Shown in pieces: positions 1 through 10,157 of a stretch of 32,000 nt of DNA. This DNA comes from Candidatus Saccharimonadota bacterium (GTDB taxonomy: Bacteria; Patescibacteriota; Gracilibacteria; BD1-5; UBA2023): contig OY970170.1 of NCBI GenBank assembly GCA_963706795.1, positions 1,050,001 through 1,082,000 on the forward strand, given 5' to 3'. The position numbers and the translations under genes were made by a program. The number at the start of each line of letters is the position of its first letter. The first letter of the stretch is position 1. Under the pieces are notes generated by a model. That model was not told where the DNA came from. It saw only the letters and a program-made list of their open reading frames with translations, and searched no databases.

Positions 1-3000
1 AATGACATCAAGACCGATAAGCGGTTCTCTGACTATGTTCAGGATGTTATTGCCTACCTTCTCTCGTTCTTGGCTCTGGTCTCAGTATGACTCATATTGT
101 GGGCGGGTTTCACGATCCTCACCTCCACCGGTGACGAAGAAAAAGTCAAAAAGGCCAAAAATATCATCGTCTATGCGCTGATCGGTCTTCTGTTGATCTT
201 CCTCGCATTCTCTATTACGAGATTTATCCTCGGAACGGGCAAGGACAAAAAAGAAGGAATCATCAATGCGATCTCTAATGCATTCACTATTGATGGCGCG
301 TATGCGGCAAGTGTCGATGATGGGAAGGGATTTGATTACTATCGCGCTCAGATTGAGGCAACATCTCAGGCTATCGGTCGAGATTATGATGTGGATGGTC
401 GCGTAAAGATTGCTTCACTTCAGGATCTCCAGACTGCAGTAACTAAGAGTATTGATACATTTCCTGATGGAAATCGCGATCTCAATACGGGTCTTGCAAA
501 TAGCGTGCTTACCTCTATTGCGCTTGTTAAGAAATATCCAGATTCTAATCTTTATACAGATCGTCTCGCACAGAGTCTCAAGGATTTCCTTACACGCGTT
601 GCGATTGGTCAGATCACTACTAAGATCACCGCGACTCCCGATCGTGGAAATGCTGCACTCACAGTAACGCTTCGTGCAAATGAAGCACGTGATCCATCAG
701 GCGTGCGCATCCCAGATGCGAACTATATTTGGTGGCTCAAGAATGCTGGTGGTATTCGTCAGGTTATTGGTAAAGGACCAACTATTGGTTACAAATTTAG
801 CGAAGAAGGTGTCTATACGGTCAATCTCCAGATCCTCTCGGCAAGCAAAAATTCAAATGGTCGAACAGACGTGCTTCCTTTTAATGGAACTCAGGAGATC
901 CGCGTAGAGCCAAAGCTCGCAAATATTCTCCTCTTCCTGAATGGGGCAAATGTTTCACAGCTTGATAATTACAAAATTACTCCAGCACAAGGAAGCGCAG
1001 GGGTGATTATTGATGCGACATCTTCGACGGCTGCTCAGGGGGCTTCGATCCTCAGAACAGAGTGGATTTTTGGAAATGGGAATAATTCAGTCTATAACGG
1101 ATCGCCTCGCGTAGAGCGTCAGGTCTTTGCGACGCAGGGGATTTATACTATCCAGCTCAAGGTAGTAACGAACGAAAAGGCTGAAATTATCAAGACAATT
1201 CGTCTCCAGGTTCAGGATCCTATTGCTTCTATTCGTACTGATAAGACAACAGGATTTGCGGGTGATGATTTTAAGTTCCAGGCAACTTCCAATGCTGCGG
1301 GTGTTCTCTTAACATATGACTGGAGTATTCTCGAGTCTGATACAGGAAAGATTCTCTATACAACCAAGGCTTCGTCTATCAACTACAAATTCCCACGAAT
1401 GGGGAACTATGTAGTGAAGCTCAAGACACTCTCATCGAGTGGTCGTGAAGACACAGATAATGTTTCGATCCACATTGATTCGAAGGATCCAATCGTGCAG
1501 TTTGAGGTCAAGGCAGCATCTGCTGAGACTCCAAATATGATCTTGCTCGACGCAACGAAGAGCTACGATCCAGATAGTCTCGATGCTTCAAAACTCACAT
1601 TTAATTGGACGATCGACGGTGAACGCGTAGATCTCGATAATAGCTCACGCAATGGAGCTCTCGGATATTACACTTTTACAACAAAGGGTACACATAACAT
1701 CGTCCTCGATCTTGGTAATCAGCAGGGGAAGGTCACAAATGGTAAGAAGGAATTCAATGTCGAATCTCTTCTCTCGGTTAAGCTTATTGTCACTCCAAAG
1801 ATTTCTCAGCTTGGTGCACCAGTTGCACTCGTAGCCGAATCTAAAGAGGCGACTGTATTCGAATGGGATTACGGAGATGGATCGAGCGAAAACACGAGTG
1901 AAAGCCGTGCATTCCACACCTATAAAAAGGCAGGAACCTACGATGTTCGTCTCACAGTTCGTGGTAATCCAAATGCGGGGAATTCTAATACAATTTCACG
2001 TAAGGTCTATGTTTCAGATGCAGACTCACCATTTGCTTCTATCTCAGTAAAACAAGGACAGGATAGTGTCGAGCCAGTATCTGGTATTTGTTCCGAGGGT
2101 GATGCCTACCTCGTAGATCGTACAAATGCCGTGCGCATCACTGGTGAAGAAAGCGTCAATACTGATGGCACAACGAATGGCCTCACTTATACATGGAAAT
2201 ACGGAGGAAAAACAAGTACTCAGCGTGATTTTTCATATAAATTCGATGAGCTTGGATGTTTCCCAGTCAATCTCACTGTTCGTAGTCAAAAGACTGGCAA
2301 GACACATTCTTCAAGTGTGTATGTCAAAGTTGAAAATGTTCTCCCAACCTTTGCTTCGCTTTCAGTTGTTGCAAACAAAATAGACACTGATCCAGTAGTC
2401 GTTGATGTTGCAGTTAATAATGCGACAGACGCTGATGGTGTAATTGTGTCATATCTCTGGTATTACTACACAGACAGTGATCCTGAACCACAGGATTTCC
2501 GTATTACTCGTACGTCTAAGACTGTTTTTGTTCTTCCACGTATCAATGGTAAATACTATTTTGCTGTAACACTCGAGGACTCAAATGGTGCGAAGGTAAA
2601 TTCGGATGATTCTCGTGAAGAGCGTTATTCACTCACCCTTGCGTCTGACAATATCAATACTCCACTCATCTCACTCAAGTCATCAAAATCAAGTGCGAGT
2701 GTTGGTGAATCCGTATCATTTCAAGCCTCTGTCAAAAATATCCTCCAGCAGGATCTCACAGACAAGGCAGAATACAAATGGGACTACGATGGTGATGGAT
2801 TCTACGAAGAAACCACAACTTCACCGAGCGTAAAACATACCTACGACAAGCCAGGATCATATAACATGAAGGTCAAGGCGACATACAAGGGTATCTCAAA
2901 TACACGCTTTGCGCAGATTACTGTACGTAACGAACTTAAGCCAAATCTTGAGTACTATGCGATCGGCAACAGATATGTATTTATGAATACAACCACTGGT

Positions 3001-5217
3001 CTCTACACGACTGCAAAGTGGACGATTGGAAAATATACCTCTGATAATCGTGATTCGTTCGTAGTCAATCTTGATGACTCAGATGCTGCAGCAGAAGTTA
3101 CACTTAATGTTTCTGATGGCGCTGATACCAAGACCATCACTGTGCCACTTCGCAAGGATGTGCTCAATGCAGCTCGACTCAAGGATTCGACGGATAAGCT
3201 CGTTCTCTTCACATATCCAAAAATCGAAGACGGTGAAATCCATGTTGCTCGTTCGGATGACAAGGTCTTCATCTATCTTGGTGAATCAAAGGGGGATATT
3301 TCAAAATATACGATCGATACTGATACCAAGACTGACAGTGATCTCAATGGAGATGCTGCGGATGACGCTGACAATATCGGAACTGACTCATATGCGAGCG
3401 GTGCACCATATATGATCCGTAATCTCGGCTCAACGAAAGAGCGTCTTATGAAGGTCGCAATCTACGATGCTTCTGGTAAGCAGATTGCATCACGAGAGAT
3501 CAAACTTGTCCTCGATTTCGCTGATGAAAATGCGATCAAGCAAACTCTCGAAGGTTCTGGATCAACCAATACAGCGATCTCTGACGGAGATAAAGCTTCT
3601 CTCGAAAAACTCAAGGATCTCATCCGTACAAAGGCTCCTGAGAGCGAACGTGTAAAGCTCATGCAGAGTCTATCTCAGCTCCAGGATAGCTGGCAGGATA
3701 CAACCGAAAAAACCAAGGCAGTAGTTGCGCTTGAGCGTTCGGTTGCTGATCTCTCGGTGAGTGAAGATATCAAAAATGAATTCCTCACACTGCTTGATGG
3801 ATTCCTTCTCTCTGAGTCTGAAACTAAGGATGAGATGGCACTTGCGACAAGTGTCCTCAAAAAGCTCATTCCAAACTCAAATACTCATTACGAAGAAATT
3901 TTTGGAAAAGACGGTAATGCTGGTCTCGTAGGTGAAATCCTCGGACATCCAACAAATACAGAACTCAACAAAGGAATCGGTGAAAAAATCCTCGGCTATA
4001 TCAAGTCCGATGACAATATTAGCGACGCTGATAAGCTCACTCTCAAAGAGCAGCTCCGTATCGTAATCAATGGTGGTTCTAAAAATCTTCCACCTTCGAC
4101 TGAGCAGACTACTACGACGGATAGCTCAGGAATCATGGTGCTCATCCTTGGTATTATAAAAGCCTTTGGATACATCATTGGATTTGTGGTACTTGGATTC
4201 ATCGGACTCTTTGTATTCTTCCGCGCAACCAATCGTAATGACGCGATGGGATTTCAGGATTTCCTTATCGAAAAAATCTTCCACCGTTCATCGGGAGCAA
4301 CTGGTAATGCTCCACAGACTGTAGTGGCTACGCGAGTGGAGCCTGCTGCACCGGTAACTACTGATCTTCTCGGTAGTATGGATACCAAAGCCCCAGAGAC
4401 TACCGCTCAGACACCACATGTCTTTGATCCACTTCGCCCTGCCGCATCACTCGATGCAGAGAAGATTGCTCCAGTCGAGCCTGCACAGATTCCTGATTGG
4501 CTCAAGGGCACAACCGACCGTCTTGCAGCTGAAAAAATCGAAGAAACTCCTGCTACTTTGGCTCCAGAACCTGAAACTCCAGATATGCCAAGTTGGCTCA
4601 GTCCTACTGCAGAAACCCCTGTCGAAAACCTCGCCCCAGAGCCTGCGGTCATACCAGAGACAATCGCAGAACTTCCTACTGAATTACTCGAAACTCCAGT
4701 AGTTTCAGAGTCGACTCCAAGTGTGGAACCTGCTCCTGCCGAGCTTCCAAGTTGGCTCTCTGGATCGTCAATCGATGCCGAGTCTGCAGAAGTTGCCGCC
4801 TCATCTACTCCGATCGTCACAGAGTACCTTCCAATTGCAGAAGAAACTGTAGAAACTCCAGCTCAGACTGAAGCAGCTCCAGTAGCGGACGATCTCCCTG
4901 ATTGGCTTCGCAATACAAATGTGCCAGTTACCGAAACAGTAACTCCAGTGGTCGAAGAGTCAGTTATACCGCAGGAGTTTCCAATCTCTGAGCCAGCTAT
5001 CACTGAGGCATCACTCGCAGCTCCACAGCCAGCAAGCGATGATCTCCCTGATTGGCTTAAGGATCTTCAGCCTACTACTCCTCAGGCAGAGCCTGCTGTC
5101 GAATCAAAACCAAAGCCAAAGACGTCACCAAAAAAGAAGCCAACGCTTCCGACGACCGAAGCTCCAATCTTGCCTCCATCGACCAATACGGACGATCTCC
5201 CTGATTGGCTTAAATAA
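1..5217 (+). CDS. Giant cell-surface protein, 5'-partial at the window edge: TrbC/VirB2-like (T4SS-pilin-like) N-terminal membrane domain, about 10 PKD/Ig-like repeats, one TM helix, Pro/Glu/Thr-rich C-terminal tail
   Basis: Frame 1 is open from nt 1 if TGA 88-90 is Gly, so the TTG start at 97 in the ORF track is an artefact. The N-terminus reads ...VQDVIAYLLSFLALVSV[G]LILWAGFTILTSTGDEEKVKKAKNIIVYALIGLLLIFLAFSITRFILG, the two-helix pilin-like motif common at CPR protein N-termini. Repeated PKD signatures are present, e.g. WDYGDGSSENTSESRAFHTYKKAGTYDVRLTVRG (about nt 1861-1965), FSEEGVYTVNLQILS and YDKPGSYNMKVKATY. A TM helix GIMVLILGIIKAFGYIIGFVVLGFIGLFVFF lies at about nt 4132-4221. Stop is TAA 5215-5217. 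Confidence 0.8.
4489..5214 (+). repeat. Six in-frame copies of a short motif (IPDWLKG, MPSWLSP, LPSWLSG, DDLPDWLRN, DDLPDWLKD, DDLPDWLK-stop) in the tail of the giant protein
   Basis: Motif codons start at nt 4489, 4582, 4741, 4888, 5038 and 5191. The last four are spaced 147-153 nt apart. The exact 18-mer gatctccctgattggctt occurs at 4891-4908, 5041-5058 and 5194-5211. The final copy is the C-terminus of the protein. Confidence 0.9.
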
Positions 5218-5228
5218 AGATTTCATCT

Positions 5229-7520
5229 ATGAATGCACCTGAGAACAACGAAAATGGACGCCCGAGTTTCTTAGATACTATAATTGCCGAATGAGCCTCT
5301 TCTCCAACAGAGGCTTCTTCGGCATCTAGTGGTTCTACGCCTCCGAAGCCCGCAGGCACTGCGCCAACGCCACCACCACCACCAAAAAAGCGCGAACCAA
5401 TGAAGCCTGCCCAATTTATGAAGATACTTGGGGCACTCTTCTTGGTGTCGCTTATCTTTTTTGGATCGTTCCTGGCCTATATTGTTTTTAATCCAGGGCA
5501 GGCACGATTTTTTATCCGATTTGGTATCAATCCAAGTCAGGTTGCAAGTCTTCTGAGCAATCTCGTCAATGGTATTTTTGGATCGATCACATTTATCCTC
5601 AGTGTGACGTGGGTGATCTTCCTCTTCCGTGCGATCATTACCAAGAAGGAATACAAGCGTAAAAAGACCATCTCGGCGATTATAGCTGCGTTTCTCGGGA
5701 TTTTGCTCTTCTCGCACATTGGTTTTTGGGCTTTTCTCTTTAAAAAAATTGGGGCCTCTGACTTTGTAAATCCAAATGGGGGAGTAGTAGCATACGACAA
5801 TGATCGATATCTCTCAGATAGATTTAAGGATTCGGCAGATATTGTCGATTTTAATAACATGATTGGTCCGATTACGATCCGATATGATCTTGCTTCGGAT
5901 GTAAAATTTGCATCAAAAAATATTGAAATCCAGGACTTTGAAATCGACTTCGATGGCGATGGTCTTCCAGACAAAAAGGGCTCTGATCCATCAGGTGACA
6001 AGAGTCTCATCTATACCTATGATCGTAAATGAAAATTTACACCAAAAGGAGCCTACGCTGGTCTCGACACTGTCACTCGTGAGAAAAAAGTCGTGCCCAT
6101 TGTTTTTGATCCTGTAAATATCGTCGGAATCGTCGATATTAAAGAAGCAGACAAAAACATCGTCTATGATGCTACCGATCTCAAAACATTTGGTAATCTT
6201 GCATGGTACACGAGCGACAATCTTGATGTTCCCGCTTCGCGTGAGCTCAAATTTACGACCAAGATCGATAAAGCCGACAAATTTGTCTGCCTCGCGATCA
6301 GTAACGACCCCAAGCAAAAAGACACTTGTGACCGCATATTTTTCGTAAAATCCAAGTCAGATTCTCCGATTAGTGCGACGATTAAATATGTAGTGGATCC
6401 TACCGATCCTCGCAAATACAGCTTTTCGCTCGCGGACAAAAAATCTAAGAGTGGAGGTGAAATCGAGTCTGTTAAATGGATCCTCGATGATACGAGCACT
6501 CTCTCAAATGACGAGAGTTTTGATACGAGCTTCTCGACGTATTGAGATTTTAAAATGAGTGCCAAGCTCACAGATACTGCAGGCAATAGCGTCACAATCT
6601 CTGAGAAAATAAGTGTGAAGGCTCCGCTCGCGCTCATTAAAGATTCGAATTCTGACTCTTCGATCAAGGTAACTGATGAGGCAGGGAATTCAATGCTTAA
6701 AGGCACGTATAATAGCGATCTGCGAGCATATAAGATCGAGTCTATGACGATCCCATCAAAGCTCACGTTTGATGCATCCGATGTCCGCGTCAAAAATGCT
6801 GGCTTTGAGCTCAAAAATGTCAAATGGGATATTGACGGCAGCGAAAAACAAGGCCTCGTAGTCACCCATGAATTTGTCACTGAGAAGCGCTATGAGATCA
6901 ATATTAAGTACCTCTTCGCGAAAACTGGCAGTGATGAAGAATTCAGCGCTGACGAAAAAATCATCATCGAAGGGAAAAAACAAGAAATCGCACCAAGCTT
7001 CAAGATGATTTTCCCAGATGGACAGTCTGATGTTGATAGTCTCTACGCACCTACCAAGATTACATTTGATGGCTCAGCCTCGAGTGTTCGTTCAGGCAAG
7101 ATTTCCAAATTTATCTATGACTTCGGCGAAGGTAAAGAACCAAGCGAAGGTGATGCTGTAAAAACCTACGAGTATGACATTCCAGGCGAATACACCATCA
7201 CACTCACTATTGTCAAAGATGATGGCTCTCGTGAGTCTGCCAAACGCAAAATTATTATCAAAGAAGTTCCTAAAAATCTCACGATTCACTCAAGTGTATC
7301 GTCTGGTAAAGTAGGACTTGGAGTCGACTTTGATAGCTTTGGCAGCGTCGGGCAGATCGAAAAATACGAATGGAATTTTGGAGACGGATCAACCACCGCT
7401 TCCGAGCCAAATCCAACTCATGTCTTCACAACTGCTGGCACATACACGGTCAAACTCTCCGTGACCTATATCGACGGTACAGTCCGCACCGCTGATATGG
7501 ATATGAAGGTGGCAGAATAG
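5229..7520 (+). CDS. Multi-pass membrane-anchored PKD-domain surface protein (about 763 aa)
   Basis: ORF fragments 5400-6032, 6093-6545 and 6555-7520 share one frame and are joined by TGA=Gly at 6030 and 6543. The frame stays open upstream to ATG 5229 through TGA 5292. The N-terminus is MNAPENNENGRPSF...TPPKPAGTAPTPPPPPKKREP, followed by three hydrophobic helices. C-terminal PKD signatures include YDFGEGKEPSEGDAVKTYEYDIPGEYTITLTIVKDDG and WNFGDGSTTASEPNPTHVFTTAGTYTVKLSVTY. ATG 5400 is an alternative start. Confidence 0.8.
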
Positions 7521-7521
7521 C

Positions 7522-7551
7522 AAAAAATCTCCGCATGCGGAGATTTTTTTT
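7522..7551 (+). terminator. Rho-independent terminator (A-tract, perfect palindrome, T-tract)
   Basis: aaaaaatctccgca|tgcggagatttttttt lies directly after stop 7518-7520. The stem is perfectly self-complementary and centred at 7535/7536. Confidence 0.8.
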
Positions 7552-7570
7552 GTACCTTTCGCAAAGTACA

Positions 7571-7579
7571 TGATATAAT
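7571..7579 (+). promoter_or_regulatory. Candidate extended -10 promoter element (TGaTATAAT) for the pilin gene
   Basis: tgatataat at 7571-7579 lies 35 nt upstream of ATG 7614 and just after the upstream terminator. The -35 is poor (tgtacc, 7551-7556). Confidence 0.35.
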
Positions 7580-7613
7580 TCTGGCGTCTTCTCCTCCATA
7601 GCTCCTCCTTTTT

Positions 7614-9482
7614 ATGTATTATTTAAGCTCTCGTGCGACCTCGGTCCGTGCGAATGCCTTCACCCTCATCGAAATCATTGTCGTAGTCTCCATCATCGCT
7701 GTGCTCTCAACGATTGGGTTTCTTGCGTATTCGGGTTCGGTGACAGATGCTCGCGATACTACGCGTAAAGCAGATATGGCAGAACTCAAGGTACGTCTGC
7801 GAGCTACCAAACAAAAGACAGGAGCTTATCCACTTCCTACAAGCTATTTCTCTCTCACTAATAGCTGAGTACTTGCTGCATACCAAGGAACCTCAGATGC
7901 GATCACTATGGAGAACGGAAGTGCTTTTAGATCTGATCCACGTACTCTTAAGCCCTATGTGTATTCGAGTATGAAGAATCGACAGGGATACCAGATCGGC
8001 ATGACCTTCGAATGAAACAATACTCTCAAGACCTACATAGACGGAGATTACATGGTGCTCACTCCCACGACCTTCCCAAGTCTTCTCCTCTCAGGAGGAA
8101 GTAGTGGAAGTACGATAGAAGTAAATCCCACTATTGGAGCCTGAGCTACAAACAGACTCAAATTCGCAGTCAACAACGGGAGCTACAATATTCCCTATGA
8201 CATGAATGGCTCACCCGTAGCCAGTGCGAGTAGCTTTGCAGGGATTACTACAGAGTGAGGAGTGAGTCTCCCAATGCTCAGTACCTATCCTACATGTCAG
8301 GCGATCTACGAAGCCTGAAAGGGTATGGGACCAGGAATGTATCTCATTCTTGAAGCATCTGGTACAGTGACGAGTACAGGCTGTACTATGACTGAGACTC
8401 TAATCGCAGCTCTTCCTTCTGGATGTAATGCTACGACCTACTCAGGATATGCTGTACCGGTTATGGTGAGTGGTACAAATACCATCCTTACCAAGACAGG
8501 ATCTATCTCGAATGGAGTTCTGGGCTATACCCTCCCTGCATCGTGTTCGAATACGCTGATGTCGTATGGGGTGGAAGCAAGTTCTCCAACTTGTAATACA
8601 GGATATACCTGGAATGGAAGCGCTTGTACCGATGCTATTCCACCAACGATTGCGAGTGTAACAAGCGCTTCACCAAGCTGTAATACCATCCGTATGACCG
8701 TCAATGGTGCCACGGATACAGGAGGACTCAATGCTACACCGTACTCATTTGACGGAGGTTCGACTTGGCAGGCTGCAAATTACAAGGATTATTCTAATAC
8801 GAGCTATACAGTACCTGCAAACCAGATCAAGGTCCGTGACCTCTCGGGTAATGCCTATACCTACGCAAGTGCTGCCAGTGGTACCGCCTCAAGCTGTATC
8901 GTTATGGTCGATGTTTCAGGGAATGGTAACATCATTATTCCAGCTGGCTCAACGACCATGTCGCTCTATGGTAATGGATGATCAGGTACCGTCAGCACCT
9001 ACAATCCTGGACAAGCATACCAAGCACCATTCAAAGAAGGGGATCTTGTAAGCGCGAATGACACATTTGGAAACAATAATTATACTACATGGGTAACTCG
9101 CCCCTGTAATACACATATACAAGAACCGTTTAGTGGCATCGAATGTATTGGATTTGGATCATGACCATATCAGTATTCCAGTGAAGATGCGACCTATATG
9201 TATTTTACGAATACAGCAAATCCAGCTCTTATTAATACCTATACCCTTAGTATTAACCCATGACATCCATATGTCGCTCCATCTTGAGCCATGGCGACAG
9301 CAGGACAGGATACCACAGTCATGGTTGATGGAAATACCTATACATTTAGCGGATCACCGAGTGGCGTGACCACCGTTCCAGCACCAACTACGCAGTATCC
9401 AACTCTTCCAGCAGGATCAACGACACTCTCATACAGTGTAGCGGCAGGACAGACACTCAGGATTACATATACCACGAACTAA
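7614..9482 (+). CDS. Oversized type IV pilin-like protein (about 622 aa) with a prepilin N-terminal methylation-type signal
   Basis: The N-terminus MYYLSSRATSVRANA/FTLIEIIVVVSIIAVLSTIGFLAYSG is a class III signal with an FTLIE hydrophobic helix. Fragments 7614-7868, 8325-8981 and 9291-9482 are in one frame. I translated every intervening codon and found nine in-frame TGA (7866, 8013, 8142, 8256, 8316, 8979, 9162, 9261, 9285) and no TAA/TAG. The globular part is Cys-rich, with an Asp-box-like SFDGGSTW at 8745-8768. Confidence 0.8.
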
Positions 9483-9487
9483 AAAAT

Positions 9488-9515
9488 AAATCCCTCTGAG
9501 AGGGATTTATTTTTG
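9488..9515. terminator. Bidirectional rho-independent terminator shared by convergent pilin genes
   Basis: aaatccctc-tga-gagggattt is a 9-bp perfect stem flanked by an A-run on the left and atttttgg on the right. The minus-strand gene's stop codon (9507-9509) lies inside the right arm/T-tract. Confidence 0.8.
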
Positions 9516-10154
9516 GTAATACTGGTATTTCCAATTGGTGAGTGAGTGTTTGAGACTGATGGTGTATGGTTCAGCACGAGTATTATCTCACCATGTGACA
9601 ACGGATTCTACCTCGATTGTGCTTCGATCTGCAGGTCGAGTGATGCGGATTTCTCTCGAGAAAATAGATCTGCAATTACGAGAGATACTTCCTGCACAAG
9701 GTATAGATGGGGGAGTACCTGTTTGAGTTATGAGTCCGTTAATATCAAAGTACACTGGGAAGCTTGTGAGATATGTAGCTCGAGAGCTTCCTGTTGCGAT
9801 GGCAGTAGTCGTAACTCAGCTGAGTGTCCAAGCGCCTCAGGGAAGTCATGCTACTATATATGAGCCAGAAGTTATGCCGCCGGATCCTGTTCCAATACAG
9901 AGTGCGTTATAGTTTGCTGTGTCGTAGCATCCGTTGTAATCACTCGAAAATTTAATCCAGTTAGTATTGCGGATATTCTCAACTGCTTCGATTCATTCGC
10001 GGGCGATATTGACGGCTTTGATTCGATTTTCAGTTGTGGTTGCAAGTGATCTACCACTCGTGAGGATTTTGTATGCTCCAACTATGCCGGTCGTTAAGAC
10101 GAGCATCACTATCATGACTTCTATGATCGAATTTCCTCGAACGTTTCGTTGCAT
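9507..10154 (-). CDS. Minor pilin / pseudopilin-like protein (215 aa) with a prepilin-type N-terminus
   Basis: This gene is absent from the standard-code track because five in-frame TGA cut it into pieces under 60 aa. Hand translation from ATG 10154 gives MQRNVRG/NSIIEVMIVMLVLTTGIVGAYKILTSGRSLATTTENRIKAVNIAREGIEAVENIRNTNW...TNWKYQYYQK, ending at TAA (9509-9507). The start lies 3 nt after the stop of the upstream gene. Confidence 0.7.
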
Positions 10155-10157
10155 GTC

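Noticed and set aside
97-99. TTG at 97 given as the start of the 1706-aa ORF.
   Set aside because: The frame is open to nt 1 once TGA 88-90 is read as Gly. The upstream residues complete a pilin-like hydrophobic helix, so the gene continues beyond the window edge.
4891-5211. Three exact 18-nt repeats spaced about 150 bp apart, which could superficially suggest a small CRISPR-like or direct-repeat array.
   Set aside because: The repeats are in frame inside the giant ORF and encode the DLPDWL motif. The intervening 'spacers' are coding Pro-rich linker of similar composition.
5271-5717. Minus-strand 148-aa ORF with a striking Trp/Arg-rich run (FWWWWWRWRSACGLRRRR).
   Set aside because: It is the antisense shadow of the Pro-rich N-terminus (TPPPPPKKREP) of the plus-strand PKD protein. 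It has no independent start context or support.
6164-6880. Long antisense ORFs, for example 6164-6880(-), 21206-21898(-), 23674-24192(-), 25757-26245(+), 26266-26724(+) and 29709-30017(-).
   Set aside because: Each lies entirely opposite a gene with clear family motifs (PKD protein, PcrA, MBL hydrolase, permease, malic enzyme, GT2). Their sequences are low-complexity or biased in the way expected of shadow frames.
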